NCBI GenBank assembly: GCA_020725145.1
Contig: DYFO01000004.1
Span: 2,042 to 66,041 of the forward strand
Length of the DNA stretch: 64,000 nt
DNA from: Symbiobacterium thermophilum
Lineage (GTDB): Bacteria > Bacillota > Sulfobacillia > UBA995
Direction: 5' to 3'
Shown here: positions 36,802 through 45,909 of the stretch, in pieces
Layout: each line of letters opens with the position of its first letter
Position numbering within the stretch: position 1 is the first letter of the stretch
Notes under the pieces: model-generated
What the model was told of the DNA's origin: nothing
Databases searched by the model: none
Seen by the model: the letters and a program-made list of their open reading frames with translations, nothing else
Made by a program: the position numbers and the translations under genes

Positions 36802-37392
36802 CTACCGGCAGTCCCGGCCGCCGGCGAACTCGTAACCGTGGCGCCTCAGGATTTCGGTGATCGCCCGCGCGGTGACGGGACAGCCGCGGTCGGGATCGTC
36901 CCGGCCCTCCATCTTCCCGACGTCGCCGATCCCGACCACCAGGCCGTCCCAGTGCCGCAGGGCGTCCACGGTGTCGCCCTTGAGGGTGCCGCCCGGCAGG
37001 GGTCCCCCTTCCTTGTCCACCGGACCGCGGATCAAGCTGCCCTTGCCGGTGACCGAAGCATCTACCCGCACGCCACGGACATGGGGGGTGTCCGACGCCA
37101 CCGCCACCACTCCGAGCACCTCGGCCTCGGGGTGTTCGAGGAGCTCCTGGAGCACTCGCTCGCCGCGGTGGCGATCCGAGCGCCCGTCATCGTCCACCAG
37201 CACCAGCACAGGGTCCCGGGGGGCGGTGCGGGCGAGGTCCACGATGTCGTGGGCGGCCAGAGGGGTAGGCCGACCCCCCGATCGCGAAATGCAGTCAAGT
37301 CCCAGTTCGCCGGCTATGCGCTCGGCCGCCTGAACGGCGGCAACGTCACCGTCGGTGATCACGATGAGCCTCACTTTGCGCCTGCGTCCCAT
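36802..37392 (-). CDS. spoVAEA: Stage V sporulation protein AE, soluble subunit (SpoVAEA-like)
   Basis: Start MGRRRKVRLIVITDGD at 37392 after a GGGGGTGA RBS; DxD acidic motifs; sits between spoVAEB and spoVAF. Confidence 0.6.
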   Translation of the reverse strand: MGRRRKVRLIVITDGDVAAVQAAERIAGELGLDCISRSGGRPTPLAAHDIVDLARTAPRDPVLVLVDDDGRSDRHRGERVLQELLEHPEAEVLGVVAVASDTPHVRGVRVDASVTGKGSLIRGPVDKEGGPLPGGTLKGDTVDALRHWDGLVVGIGDVGKMEGRDDPDRGCPVTARAITEILRRHGYEFAGGRDCR

Positions 37393-37396
37393 ACGG

Positions 37397-37747
37397 TCAC
37401 CCCCGTGGGTTGAAGATCGCCGCCGCCAGCAGCGCCGACACCACCGCGACCGTGAGGCCCAGCGCGACCGCATCGAAGCCGCCGGTGAGCAATCCCAGCG
37501 GACCCGTGCGCCCCACTTCCCGGACGATGCCGTCTACCAGGGCGTGGCCGAAGGCGGGCAGCGGGACGATCGCCCCCGCCCCACCCAGTTTCACCAGGGG
37601 TTCGTACAGGCCGGCCCCGCTGGCCACCGCGCCCAGGCTCACGAACAGCACCATGACGTGCGCGGGGGTCACCCTGGTAAGATCCAGCACCAGCTGGGCC
37701 GCCAGGCAGAGTGCTCCGCCCACCAGGAACGCCAATGCGAAGTCCAA
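37397..37747 (-). CDS. spoVAEB: Stage V sporulation protein AE, membrane subunit (SpoVAEB)
   Basis: 116 aa, 3-4 TM helices, SpoVAC/SpoVAEB family. Confidence 0.8.
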   Translation of the reverse strand: MDFALAFLVGGALCLAAQLVLDLTRVTPAHVMVLFVSLGAVASGAGLYEPLVKLGGAGAIVPLPAFGHALVDGIVREVGRTGPLGLLTGGFDAVALGLTVAVVSALLAAAIFNPRG

Positions 37748-37760
37748 CCGCCTCTCCTCC

Positions 37761-38813
37761 TTACTGACCGGGAGCGTCCTGGGTTTCGAGGGCGATGGCG
37801 TGGGCGATACCGGGAATGGTCTCGCCCTGCTGGTACGTGGTGGGGCTGAAGAGGGCGCCGGTGCAGGTCAGCAACAAACGCCGATACCTGCCGGTGAGCA
37901 ACCCGTGCATCAGGTAGCCGGTGAACACGGCGGCGGAGCAGCCGCAACCGCTGGCTCCCGCTTCGACCCCCTGGGAGGGGTCGTAGATACTGGAACCACA
38001 GTCGAACAGCCGATCCTCAAGTTCCATCCCTTCGCGTGACAGAAGTTCGGCGGCGATCTCCTTGCCCACGTTGGCCAGGTCCCCGGTGACGATGAGGTCA
38101 TAGTCGTCGGGGCGTCGCCCGGTATCCTCGAAGTGCTGCCGGATGGTGGCCGCAGCGGCCGGCGCCATGGCCGCCCCCAGGTTCAAAGGGTCCTTGATTC
38201 CGGCATCGACGATGCGGCCGACGGTGGCCAGCGTGACCGCCGGTCCGTCTCCCTTGGTGGCCATGAGGATCGCCCCTGCTGCGGTCACCGTCCACTGCGC
38301 GGTGGGCGGCGGCTGCGTCGCGAATTCGGTGGGATAGCGATACTGGCGCTCCGCCGTGCAGTGATGGCTGGAGACGGCCACCAGCACTGCGCGGGCATAA
38401 CCGGCATCCAACATCATGGCGCCAACCGCCATGCCTTCGGCCAGCGTGGAACAAGCTCCGAACAACCCCAGGAAAGGCAGCTTCAGCTCGCGGGCGACGA
38501 AGCTCGAGGAGGTTATCTGGTTCAGGAGATCGCCGGCGATGAGGTAGTCCACGTCGCCGAGCGCCGCACCCGCCTTCCGGAGGGCGACTCGACAGGCTTC
38601 GGCCATCATGCGCGACTCGGCGCGCTCCCAGCTCTTCTCACCCAGCAGATCATCTTGCTTGATGATGTCGAAGTACTCACCCAGGGGGCCCTGACCTTCC
38701 TTGGGGCCGACGACGGCCGCGGCGGCTACCACTGCGGGCGTCAGGCGAAAGCGCAGGGTCTGCTTTCCCATCCTGCGCGTCCTGGCCTCGAGCGCGCGCG
38801 AGACGGTGCTCAT
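37761..38813 (-). CDS. spoVAD: Stage V sporulation protein AD (thiolase/KASIII-like fold)
   Basis: 350 aa with a thiolase-like Cys context. Confidence 0.9.
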   Translation of the reverse strand: MSTVSRALEARTRRMGKQTLRFRLTPAVVAAAAVVGPKEGQGPLGEYFDIIKQDDLLGEKSWERAESRMMAEACRVALRKAGAALGDVDYLIAGDLLNQITSSSFVARELKLPFLGLFGACSTLAEGMAVGAMMLDAGYARAVLVAVSSHHCTAERQYRYPTEFATQPPPTAQWTVTAAGAILMATKGDGPAVTLATVGRIVDAGIKDPLNLGAAMAPAAAATIRQHFEDTGRRPDDYDLIVTGDLANVGKEIAAELLSREGMELEDRLFDCGSSIYDPSQGVEAGASGCGCSAAVFTGYLMHGLLTGRYRRLLLTCTGALFSPTTYQQGETIPGIAHAIALETQDAPGQ

Positions 38814-38817
38814 CGCC

Positions 38818-39267
38818 CTATCCCGCGCGCCCCAGCAGCCACAGGATGGCGCCGACCGCGACGGAAACCGCGGTGGCGTACACGATGACCGGACCGGCCA
38901 CCGTGAACATCCTTGCCCCCACGCCGAGGATGAAGCCCTCGCGCTTGAACTCCATCGCCGGCGAGACGATGGCGTTGGCGAATCCGGTGATGGGCAAGAA
39001 CGCTCCCATCCCCCCCTGGCGGCCGATGCGGTCGTAGACTCCCAACCCGGTGAGAAGAGCCCCGATCAGGATCATCGTCCCGCTGGTGGCGGTGGCCGCC
39101 TCACGGAGCGGCAGTCCCTGGCCACGGTACAGCCTGAGGAAGATCTGTCCCACCCCGCAGATCACCCCCCCGACCAGGAAGGCGCGCAGGCCGTTGAAGA
39201 CGACGGGACGTTGAGGGGTGGCGCGCCGGATCAGTTCCCGGGTTGCCCGGGCCTCGGCCCCCTCCAT
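38818..39267 (-). CDS. spoVAC: Stage V sporulation protein AC
   Basis: 149 aa membrane protein; LVGGVICGVGQ and FLPITGFANA signatures. Confidence 0.9.
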   Translation of the reverse strand: MEGAEARATRELIRRATPQRPVVFNGLRAFLVGGVICGVGQIFLRLYRGQGLPLREAATATSGTMILIGALLTGLGVYDRIGRQGGMGAFLPITGFANAIVSPAMEFKREGFILGVGARMFTVAGPVIVYATAVSVAVGAILWLLGRAG

Positions 39268-39485
39268 CAGACTCCCCGCCCGGTGGCGTCGACGACGTAG
39301 GCCACCTTAACGTTGGCCTTGTACTGGACGATGCGGCCGTTGTCCACGTTGGCGGTCCAGTTGCATACCTCCACGCCGGTGATGTTGCCTACCGTGCGGG
39401 CCGCCTCCGCCACCGCCCGCGAGGCCGCCTCCTGCCAGCTCTGCGGGGATTCCCCCACCAGTTCCATGACCTTCACCACGCCCAT
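39267..39485 (-). CDS. Dodecin-like small protein (possible flavin-binding dodecamer)
   Basis: 72 aa, MELVGESPQSWQEAASRAVAEAARTV...IVQYKANVKVAYVV fits the dodecin pattern; one-base overlap with the spoVAC start. Confidence 0.5.
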   Translation of the reverse strand: MGVVKVMELVGESPQSWQEAASRAVAEAARTVGNITGVEVCNWTANVDNGRIVQYKANVKVAYVVDATGRGV

Positions 39486-39747
39486 CCTTGACGTTCACCT
39501 CCTGGGGTTCCGGGGGAAGCTCAATGGGGCTGCCTTTCCAGATCGGCATCGTCCGTCCCTGGACCCTGCCTCTGAGGTAAAGGGGGTGAAGCTCGCATCC
39601 GATCTCGGTGCGCGCCGCTCCGCCGGCAAGACCGCGCTCCGCCAGTTCGGCCAGGCGCTGAAGATGCTGCTTGCTGCGATCCCCGGCCAAGGCCTCCCCT
39701 CCCGTGCGGCTAGTGTTCCCGGCCGGGGATGGCCTATGCGGCCGCGG

Positions 39748-40437
39748 TCATGCCTCCAGATGCTCACGTATGAGGCGCAGGGCGTGCCGTTCGAGTCGAC
39801 TGACCTGCCCCTGGGAAACGCCAAGACGTCCGGCGATCTCCGTCTGGGTGAGGTCTTCGAAGAATCGAAGCTTCAGAACCTGCCGCTCGCGAGGGGGCAG
39901 GCGGTCGAGGGCCTGACGCAGGGCAACACGTTCCAGGACCCCCTCCGCCTCCTGCACGGCGATGCGGTCGAGCACCAGGGCTCCGCCCTCATCCGGTGCC
40001 CAGGGCTCGTACAGCGACAGAGGCGGACGCGAGGCCTCCAGGGCCTGCACGAGTTCGTCAGGCGAGACGTCCAGGGCCGCGGCCACCTCCTGCAGCGTGG
40101 GTTCGCGACCCAGCTTTGCCTCAAGCTCGGTTCTCGCGCGCGAGGCGCGCCCCGCCACCTCCTTTAGCCGACGACTCACCCGCAAGGGGCCCCGATCGCG
40201 CAGGTGGCGACGTATCTCGCCCATGACCGTCGGCACTGCGAAGGTGCTGAAACGTGTGCCGTACCGGGGGTCATAGCGCCGCGCCGCCTTGAGCAACCCG
40301 ACGCAGCCCACCTGGTACAGGTCGTCGAGTTCCTCACCGCGGCCGCGAAAGCGGTTGACGATATCCCAGACAAGGCGGCTGTGCTGCTCGAGCAGGCGCC
40401 GGCCGGCCTCCGGGTCGCGCGGACCGGCGGGCTGCAC
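39748..40437 (-). CDS. sigF: RNA polymerase sporulation sigma factor sigma-F
   Basis: Sigma-70 regions 2-4 present (DLYQVGCVGLLKAARRYD..., C-terminal HTH TQTEIAGRLGVSQGQVSRLE). Confidence 0.9.
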   Translation of the reverse strand: MQPAGPRDPEAGRRLLEQHSRLVWDIVNRFRGRGEELDDLYQVGCVGLLKAARRYDPRYGTRFSTFAVPTVMGEIRRHLRDRGPLRVSRRLKEVAGRASRARTELEAKLGREPTLQEVAAALDVSPDELVQALEASRPPLSLYEPWAPDEGGALVLDRIAVQEAEGVLERVALRQALDRLPPRERQVLKLRFFEDLTQTEIAGRLGVSQGQVSRLERHALRLIREHLEA

Positions 40438-40443
40438 CTGCCC

Positions 40444-40911
40444 TCACCCCCCCTGGCCCGGCGCCGGGCCCTCCTTTGCCGGGAGAGGGGCAAACCTTCG
40501 GGACATGACCACCCGCGTTCCTCCCGACGCCCCCGGCCCCACTTCCACGTGGTCCATGAAGGCCTCCATGAAGGAAAACCCCAGTCCCATCCGCTCGGGG
40601 TCCGTCGTATAGGCGGCCTGACGCGCCCGCGGCACGTCGGCGATGCCGATGCCTTCGTCCTCTACCTCGACCTGCAGTTGCCCTTCGGACAGCCGGGCCG
40701 TCACCCTGACCCACCCTGTGCGGCCGGGGTAGGCGTGCACGACGGCGTTGGTCACCGCCTCCGACACGGCGAGGCGAATCTCGTCGATATCCGCCAGGGT
40801 GAAGTCGGCCTGTGAGGCGAAGGTGGCGACCGCATTCCGCGCCACCCCGACGTTGGCGGGAAGGCTCAGAAGTTCCAGACGAATAACGTTCTCGGGCGGC
40901 CGGGCGTTCAT
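40444..40911 (-). CDS. spoIIAB: Anti-sigma-F factor / serine kinase SpoIIAB
   Basis: GHKL ATPase motifs; start ATG at 40911 overlaps the spoIIAA stop as ATGA. Confidence 0.9.
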   Translation of the reverse strand: MNARPPENVIRLELLSLPANVGVARNAVATFASQADFTLADIDEIRLAVSEAVTNAVVHAYPGRTGWVRVTARLSEGQLQVEVEDEGIGIADVPRARQAAYTTDPERMGLGFSFMEAFMDHVEVGPGASGGTRVVMSRRFAPLPAKEGPAPGQGG

Positions 40912-41264
40912 GCGGGTGGCTCCTTTACGCAAGCCAGGGCTTCGGCCAGCGAGGCGCACAAGGGAATGAGTCGGCTCACACCGGCCATCTCGAGCAGGGC
41001 CGTCACGCGGGCGCTGGCCCCGCACACCGCCATCCTTCCGCCCAGCTCATGCAGGTGGCGGTAGCGGCCCAGGATGGCGCTCAACCCGGAGCTGTCGATG
41101 AAACCAACACCCGTGAGGTCCAGTACCAGACGTCGCGTCCGGCCCTCGCCGAGTAGCTTCTCGGCATGGGTCCGCAACTCCTGCGCGCCCTTGAGGTCGA
41201 GCTCCCCGTTCACCTGGAGCACCAAGACCTCGCCGCGTCGTTCGTGCTTCACCAGCCGGCCCAC
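40908..41264 (-). CDS. spoIIAA: Anti-sigma-F factor antagonist SpoIIAA (STAS domain)
   Basis: 118 aa; STAS domain with the phosphorylatable Ser context DLTGVGFIDSSGLS. Confidence 0.9.
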   Translation of the reverse strand: MGRLVKHERRGEVLVLQVNGELDLKGAQELRTHAEKLLGEGRTRRLVLDLTGVGFIDSSGLSAILGRYRHLHELGGRMAVCGASARVTALLEMAGVSRLIPLCASLAEALACVKEPPA

Positions 41265-41324
41265 CCCCTCTCCCGGCGCAAGGGGTTCGTCGGCTTGCCA
41301 GTTATTTCCTGCCGGCGCGGCCGA

Positions 41325-42485
41325 TCAACGCAGGATCATACGCACGAGCTTCACGAAGAGCGTGGACCAGGTCAGCGCGGGGACATCGGCACCGGCCAGC
41401 AACGCGACGCGTCCCAGTTCCTTGCCGTCAAGGTAGAGCGCAAGCTCCCCGACCGCTGACCCGGACCGTACCGGAGCGGTCAGATAGTCGGGGATCATCA
41501 ACACCCGCTGGACATCCCGCTGCTTGCCCCTTGGAACCACCGCCCCGAAATGGTCGGCGGCCACCAGCTCCACGCGTTCCCGCACGCCCAGTCGCACGGG
41601 AACGCCCGACACCACCTCGCCGCGGGTTGCCGCCGGAACGGCGGCGAAGTTGCCGAAGCCGTAATTGAGGAGGATCCGGGCGTCGGTATCACGCTGGGTG
41701 CGCGACGCCGAGGCCATCACCACCACGATCAGCCGTGTTCCCTCACGGCAGGCCGTCACCGCGACGCAGTACCCTGCCTGGCGGGTCCAGCCCGTCTTCA
41801 GACCGTCCGCCCCCGGATAAAAGCGGACAAGCCGGTTACGGTTGGCAAGCTCGGTGTGGTCAGGCCCCAGGTGTTGGCGTACGTACGCCAGGTACTGCGA
41901 CGTCAGCTCCAGAACCTGCGGGAAGCGCAGTACCAGCTCTCGTGAGAGGCGGGCAACATCCCGTGTCGACGTGTAGTGGTCCTCGGCGTCCAGTCCGTGG
42001 CAGTTGGCAAAACGCGTGTCCCCGAGTCCCAGTTCCTCAGCACGGCGGTTCATCAAGGCCACGAAGGCTTCTTCCGAGCCGGCCACGTGCTCCGCCAGGG
42101 CGACCGCGGCGTCGTTGGCAGAACCGACCGCGACTGCAAGGAGTATGTCGCGAAAGGGCATCTCCTCGCCGGGATACAGCCAGATCTGGGTGCCTCCCAG
42201 GGAGGCCGCCGCCTCCGAGGCTACCACGCGGTCGTCGAGCGATACCCTGCCTTCGGCCAGCGCCTCGTAGGCGAGGAACAAGGTCATCAGTTTGGTGACG
42301 CTCGCCGGGGAGGCTCTGCGGTCGGCGTCCTTTTCCCACAGAACCCGGCCGCTCACCGCCTCCATCAGCAACGCCGAGGGCGACGCGATCCTCACCGTCG
42401 CCTCCCCGGCCGCCTGCACGGTGCCAGGACCCGTGGCGGCTCCCCAGGCCAGCCCCAGGACCATCAGCACGGCCAGCGTGCGCAT
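41325..42485 (-). CDS. dacF: D-alanyl-D-alanine carboxypeptidase (PBP5 family, DacF-like)
   Basis: Signal peptide; SxxK (SVTKLMT), SxN and KTG motifs. Confidence 0.85.
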   Translation of the reverse strand: MRTLAVLMVLGLAWGAATGPGTVQAAGEATVRIASPSALLMEAVSGRVLWEKDADRRASPASVTKLMTLFLAYEALAEGRVSLDDRVVASEAAASLGGTQIWLYPGEEMPFRDILLAVAVGSANDAAVALAEHVAGSEEAFVALMNRRAEELGLGDTRFANCHGLDAEDHYTSTRDVARLSRELVLRFPQVLELTSQYLAYVRQHLGPDHTELANRNRLVRFYPGADGLKTGWTRQAGYCVAVTACREGTRLIVVVMASASRTQRDTDARILLNYGFGNFAAVPAATRGEVVSGVPVRLGVRERVELVAADHFGAVVPRGKQRDVQRVLMIPDYLTAPVRSGSAVGELALYLDGKELGRVALLAGADVPALTWSTLFVKLVRMILR

Positions 42486-42538
42486 CGTGCCACCTCCATG
42501 CGAGGCTAGCCTCTCCGTGAAGGCGGCGCTTGATACCT

Positions 42539-43858
42539 TCAGGGGTCGCCGGCCAGCAGCGTGGCGGTTAGCACCCGAGGGGGTTGAACGGGCGAGTTAC
42601 GGTAGCCGAAGGCACAACTCAGCGCGGTCAGCGCGCTTTCGAGGTCGGCTGCGCTTCGCGCGTGTACGGTGGCCAGCGGCTGGCCCGGCACGACGCGGTC
42701 TCCGATCTTGGCGTGCAGCTCGAGCCCCACCCCAAGGTCGACCGGCTGTCCACGCAGCCGGCGTCCGGCGCCCAACCCGCAGGCCACCTCTCCCACCTGC
42801 AGCGCGTCCACCGCGTCGACGTAGCCCGCGCGTGAGGCACGCAACTGGCCCCGGACCGGCGCCTTGGGAAGGTACCGCTGGGGAACTTCCAGAAAGTCCA
42901 CCGGCCCTCCCTGGGCCCGGACGAGCGCCCCCAGCTTCTCGGCAGCCCGTCCGGAGCGCAGCACTCCGCGCAGCCGGTCGCGTGCTTCTTCGACCGAGCG
43001 CGCCTCCTTGCCAAGACACAGCGCGACCGCGGCGATCTGCATCGCGACGTCCTCGAGATCGGGCGGACCCCCTCCCTTCAGGCACGCGATGGCCTCCTCC
43101 ACCTCGTTTGCGTTGCCTACCGCCCTGCCCAGGGGTTGGTCCATGGAGCTCAGTATCGCCGCCATGCGGCGACCGGCACGCGTCCCGATCTCCAGCATCA
43201 GTTCGGCCAGGCGTCGTGCATCCTCCACCTCTTGCACGAGGGCCCCCCGGCCGTGCTTGACATCCAGGACGATCACGTCTGCCCCGCCGGCAAGTTTCTT
43301 GGCCATCACGCTGGAGGCGATGAGGGGGAGCGAGTCGACGGTAGCGGTGACATCGCGCAGGGCGTAGAGCCTGGCATCCGCGGGCACCAGCTCGGTCGAG
43401 GCGGCCGCGATGGCCGCACCGATCCGTCGTACCTGCTGGACGAATTCGCCGAGGGACAGGTCGGTGCGCAGGCCGGGGATGGACTGAAGTTTGTCCACGG
43501 TGCCACCGGTGTGGCCAAGACCACGGCCGCTCAGCTTGGCCACCCGCACTCCGGCCGCCGCGAGCAAGGGGACGACCACCAGCGTGACCTTGTCACCCAC
43601 GCCACCGGTGCTGTGTTTGTCCACGACCGGAGGCGGGATCGCGCCGGGCCTGACCTGTTCACCCGACTCGGCCATGGCCAGCGTGAGCTCCATCGTCTCG
43701 CGGCGGCCGAGACCTCTGCAACAGGCGGCCATCAAGAAGGCGGCCAGCTGGTAATCGGGGATTTGCCCCGAACATACCCCGTCAACCAGGAAGCGGATTT
43801 CGGCCGTCGTCAGCTCGACACCGTCACGTTTTTTGCGGATGAGGTCAACGACGTTCAC
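42539..43858 (-). CDS. pdp: Pyrimidine-nucleoside (thymidine) phosphorylase
   Basis: Likely GTG start at 43858 after GGAGGTG; N-terminus aligns with Pdp/DeoA. Confidence 0.85.
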   Translation of the reverse strand: MNVVDLIRKKRDGVELTTAEIRFLVDGVCSGQIPDYQLAAFLMAACCRGLGRRETMELTLAMAESGEQVRPGAIPPPVVDKHSTGGVGDKVTLVVVPLLAAAGVRVAKLSGRGLGHTGGTVDKLQSIPGLRTDLSLGEFVQQVRRIGAAIAAASTELVPADARLYALRDVTATVDSLPLIASSVMAKKLAGGADVIVLDVKHGRGALVQEVEDARRLAELMLEIGTRAGRRMAAILSSMDQPLGRAVGNANEVEEAIACLKGGGPPDLEDVAMQIAAVALCLGKEARSVEEARDRLRGVLRSGRAAEKLGALVRAQGGPVDFLEVPQRYLPKAPVRGQLRASRAGYVDAVDALQVGEVACGLGAGRRLRGQPVDLGVGLELHAKIGDRVVPGQPLATVHARSAADLESALTALSCAFGYRNSPVQPPRVLTATLLAGDP

Positions 43859-44678
43859 CGCCTCCGGCACCTCCGACCAGGGCGGCTGCCGATTCTTCGA
43901 GCAGATGTCCCAGGCGTTCGGCTGCCGCCCGCGCCACCGCAAGCACCTCCCGATGATCGGGTGCGTGCTCGCGGCACAGGGAGTTGGTTATGCACGCCAG
44001 GCCGAGAACCGCCACTCCCGCATGACGTGCCACGATCACCTCCGGTACCGTGGACATCCCCACGGCGTCGGCTCCCGCCCACCGCAGGAAGCGTGCCTCG
44101 GCCAAAGTTTCGTAGCTCGGTCCGGACACCGCCGCGTACACGCCGCGACGCAGCACAAGTCCCAGGCGGCTCGCCGCTTCCTCCGCCGCCTTCAGCAGGA
44201 CGGGCGAGTAGGCATCGACCAGTGAGGGGAATCGCGGCCCCATCTCTTCCAGGTTGGGTCCCCGCAACGGGTTGTCGCCCATGAAATTCAGGTGGTCCAC
44301 AATGGCCATGAGCTCGCCCGGCTCCCATTCCGGGTTCAGTCCTCCGGCCGCGCAGGTCACCACCAGCGCGCGGACACCGAGCCGGAGCAGGACCCTCAGC
44401 GGGAACACCGTTTCCTGGAGGGAGTACCCCTCGTAGTAGTGGAGCCTTCCCTGCAACACGGCGGCCCGAACCCCGCCGAACTGTGTGAGCACCATCCGGC
44501 CGGGGTGTCCCTCGGCTCCGGGAATGCGGAAGTGCGGGATCTCCCCGAAGGCCACGGAGACCTCCACCGGGCCACGTTCCGCCACCTGCCCCAGTCCGGA
44601 GCCGAGCACTACCCCGAGGACGGCCGGCCCAAATCCCCGCCGCCTCAGGAAGTCCACGCTCTCGTCCAGTTCTCGCAT
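43845..44678 (-). CDS. punA: Purine nucleoside phosphorylase (PunA / PNP-I family)
   Basis: Start at M15 (44678); LGVVLGSGLG ... ITNSL signatures. Confidence 0.85.
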   Translation of the reverse strand: MRELDESVDFLRRRGFGPAVLGVVLGSGLGQVAERGPVEVSVAFGEIPHFRIPGAEGHPGRMVLTQFGGVRAAVLQGRLHYYEGYSLQETVFPLRVLLRLGVRALVVTCAAGGLNPEWEPGELMAIVDHLNFMGDNPLRGPNLEEMGPRFPSLVDAYSPVLLKAAEEAASRLGLVLRRGVYAAVSGPSYETLAEARFLRWAGADAVGMSTVPEVIVARHAGVAVLGLACITNSLCREHAPDHREVLAVARAAAERLGHLLEESAAALVGGAGGGERR

Positions 44679-44694
44679 CGCGCCCACCGGCTTG

Positions 44695-45852
44695 TCACCC
44701 CTTGACCAGCAGTCCGGCAAAACTCTCCCCTTCTCCTCCGACCGGCAGTCCCAGCAGCTCGGCTGCCGTGGCCGCGAGGTCGGCCATGGTCGGCCGCGTG
44801 CCCAGGTTCACCGGGCCCGCGCCTCCCCACGCCAGGACCGGTACGTACTCCCGGGTATGGTCGGTCCCGGGGTACGTGGGGTCGCAGCCGTGATCGGCGG
44901 TGACGAAGAGGCGGTCCTGTGGCCCGAGCAGCTCCCCCATAAGCCGTCCGAGCCGGCGATCAACGTGTTCGAGCTCTTGAGCAAACCCGCGGACGTCGTT
45001 GCGGTGACCGTACAGGGAATCGGTGTCGGTCAGCGTGGCCAGCACCAGTCCCGGCCCAGCCTGCCGGACCGCCTCGTCCAGGCGGTCCGCCACTTCACGG
45101 TTGCCGCCGGCGGTCAGCACGTGGGTGATGCCCCTGCCCGCGAACATGTCCCAGACCTTGCCGACCGCCCAAACCTCAAGACCGTTGCAGCTGGCGCGGT
45201 CCAGCAAGGTGTCACGGGGAGGCGGAAGCGCCCAATCGCGCCTTCCTTGCGTCCGCACGAAGCTTCCCGGAGAACCTCGGAACGGCCGGGCGATCACCCT
45301 GCCGACCGGCGCCACCGCCCGGACGGCCGCGCAGATGTGGTAAAGCTCCTCCGGCCTAACCACCTCCTCGTGCGCCGCGATCTGCAGCACGCTGTCGGCC
45401 GACGTGTAGAGGATGGGTCTGCCGGTCTTCAGATGTTCCGGGCCCAGTTCCTCCAGGATGACGGTGCCCGAAGCGGGGCGGTTGCCGAGGAAGGCGGTGC
45501 CCGCGGCTCTTTCCAGCGCGCGCACGAGCTCTTGGGGAAAGCCGCGAGGGAAGACCGGAAACGCCCGCTCGGGTATCACCCCCATCAACTCCCAGTGACC
45601 GCTCAGCGTGTCCTTGCCGGGTGCCCGCTGCGCCATGCGCCCGTGAGCGGCCACCGCAGGCAAGCGCGGCCGCAGGTCGGCGCCGGGGGAGACGGCCCCG
45701 AGCCCCAGGCTTACCAGGTGAGGTACCCAAAGCCCGCCCGCCGCCCGGGAGACGTGCACCAGGGTGCCGGCTCCCTCGTCGCCAAAGGCGGCGGCGTCGG
45801 GCAGCGCTCCTACCCCCAGGCCGTCGATGACCACCACGAAAACCCTGGACAA
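44695..45852 (-). CDS. deoB: Phosphopentomutase
   Basis: 385 aa; metal-binding N-terminus MSRVFVVVIDGLGVGALPDA. Confidence 0.9.
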   Translation of the reverse strand: MSRVFVVVIDGLGVGALPDAAAFGDEGAGTLVHVSRAAGGLWVPHLVSLGLGAVSPGADLRPRLPAVAAHGRMAQRAPGKDTLSGHWELMGVIPERAFPVFPRGFPQELVRALERAAGTAFLGNRPASGTVILEELGPEHLKTGRPILYTSADSVLQIAAHEEVVRPEELYHICAAVRAVAPVGRVIARPFRGSPGSFVRTQGRRDWALPPPRDTLLDRASCNGLEVWAVGKVWDMFAGRGITHVLTAGGNREVADRLDEAVRQAGPGLVLATLTDTDSLYGHRNDVRGFAQELEHVDRRLGRLMGELLGPQDRLFVTADHGCDPTYPGTDHTREYVPVLAWGGAGPVNLGTRPTMADLAATAAELLGLPVGGEGESFAGLLVKG

Positions 45853-45909
45853 TGCGGGGCCTCCCGGTGAGTACTTCGCCGCCGGACGTTCGCCGGCCTC
45901 CCCAACGGC

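Noticed and set aside
39486-39747. A search for a sigma-G/sigma-F promoter (GHATR-N17-CATNNTA) upstream of the dodecin-like/spoVA genes.
   Set aside because: No convincing CATxxTA -10 with a properly spaced -35 was found by eye. The promoter is probably there, but I cannot support a specific site.
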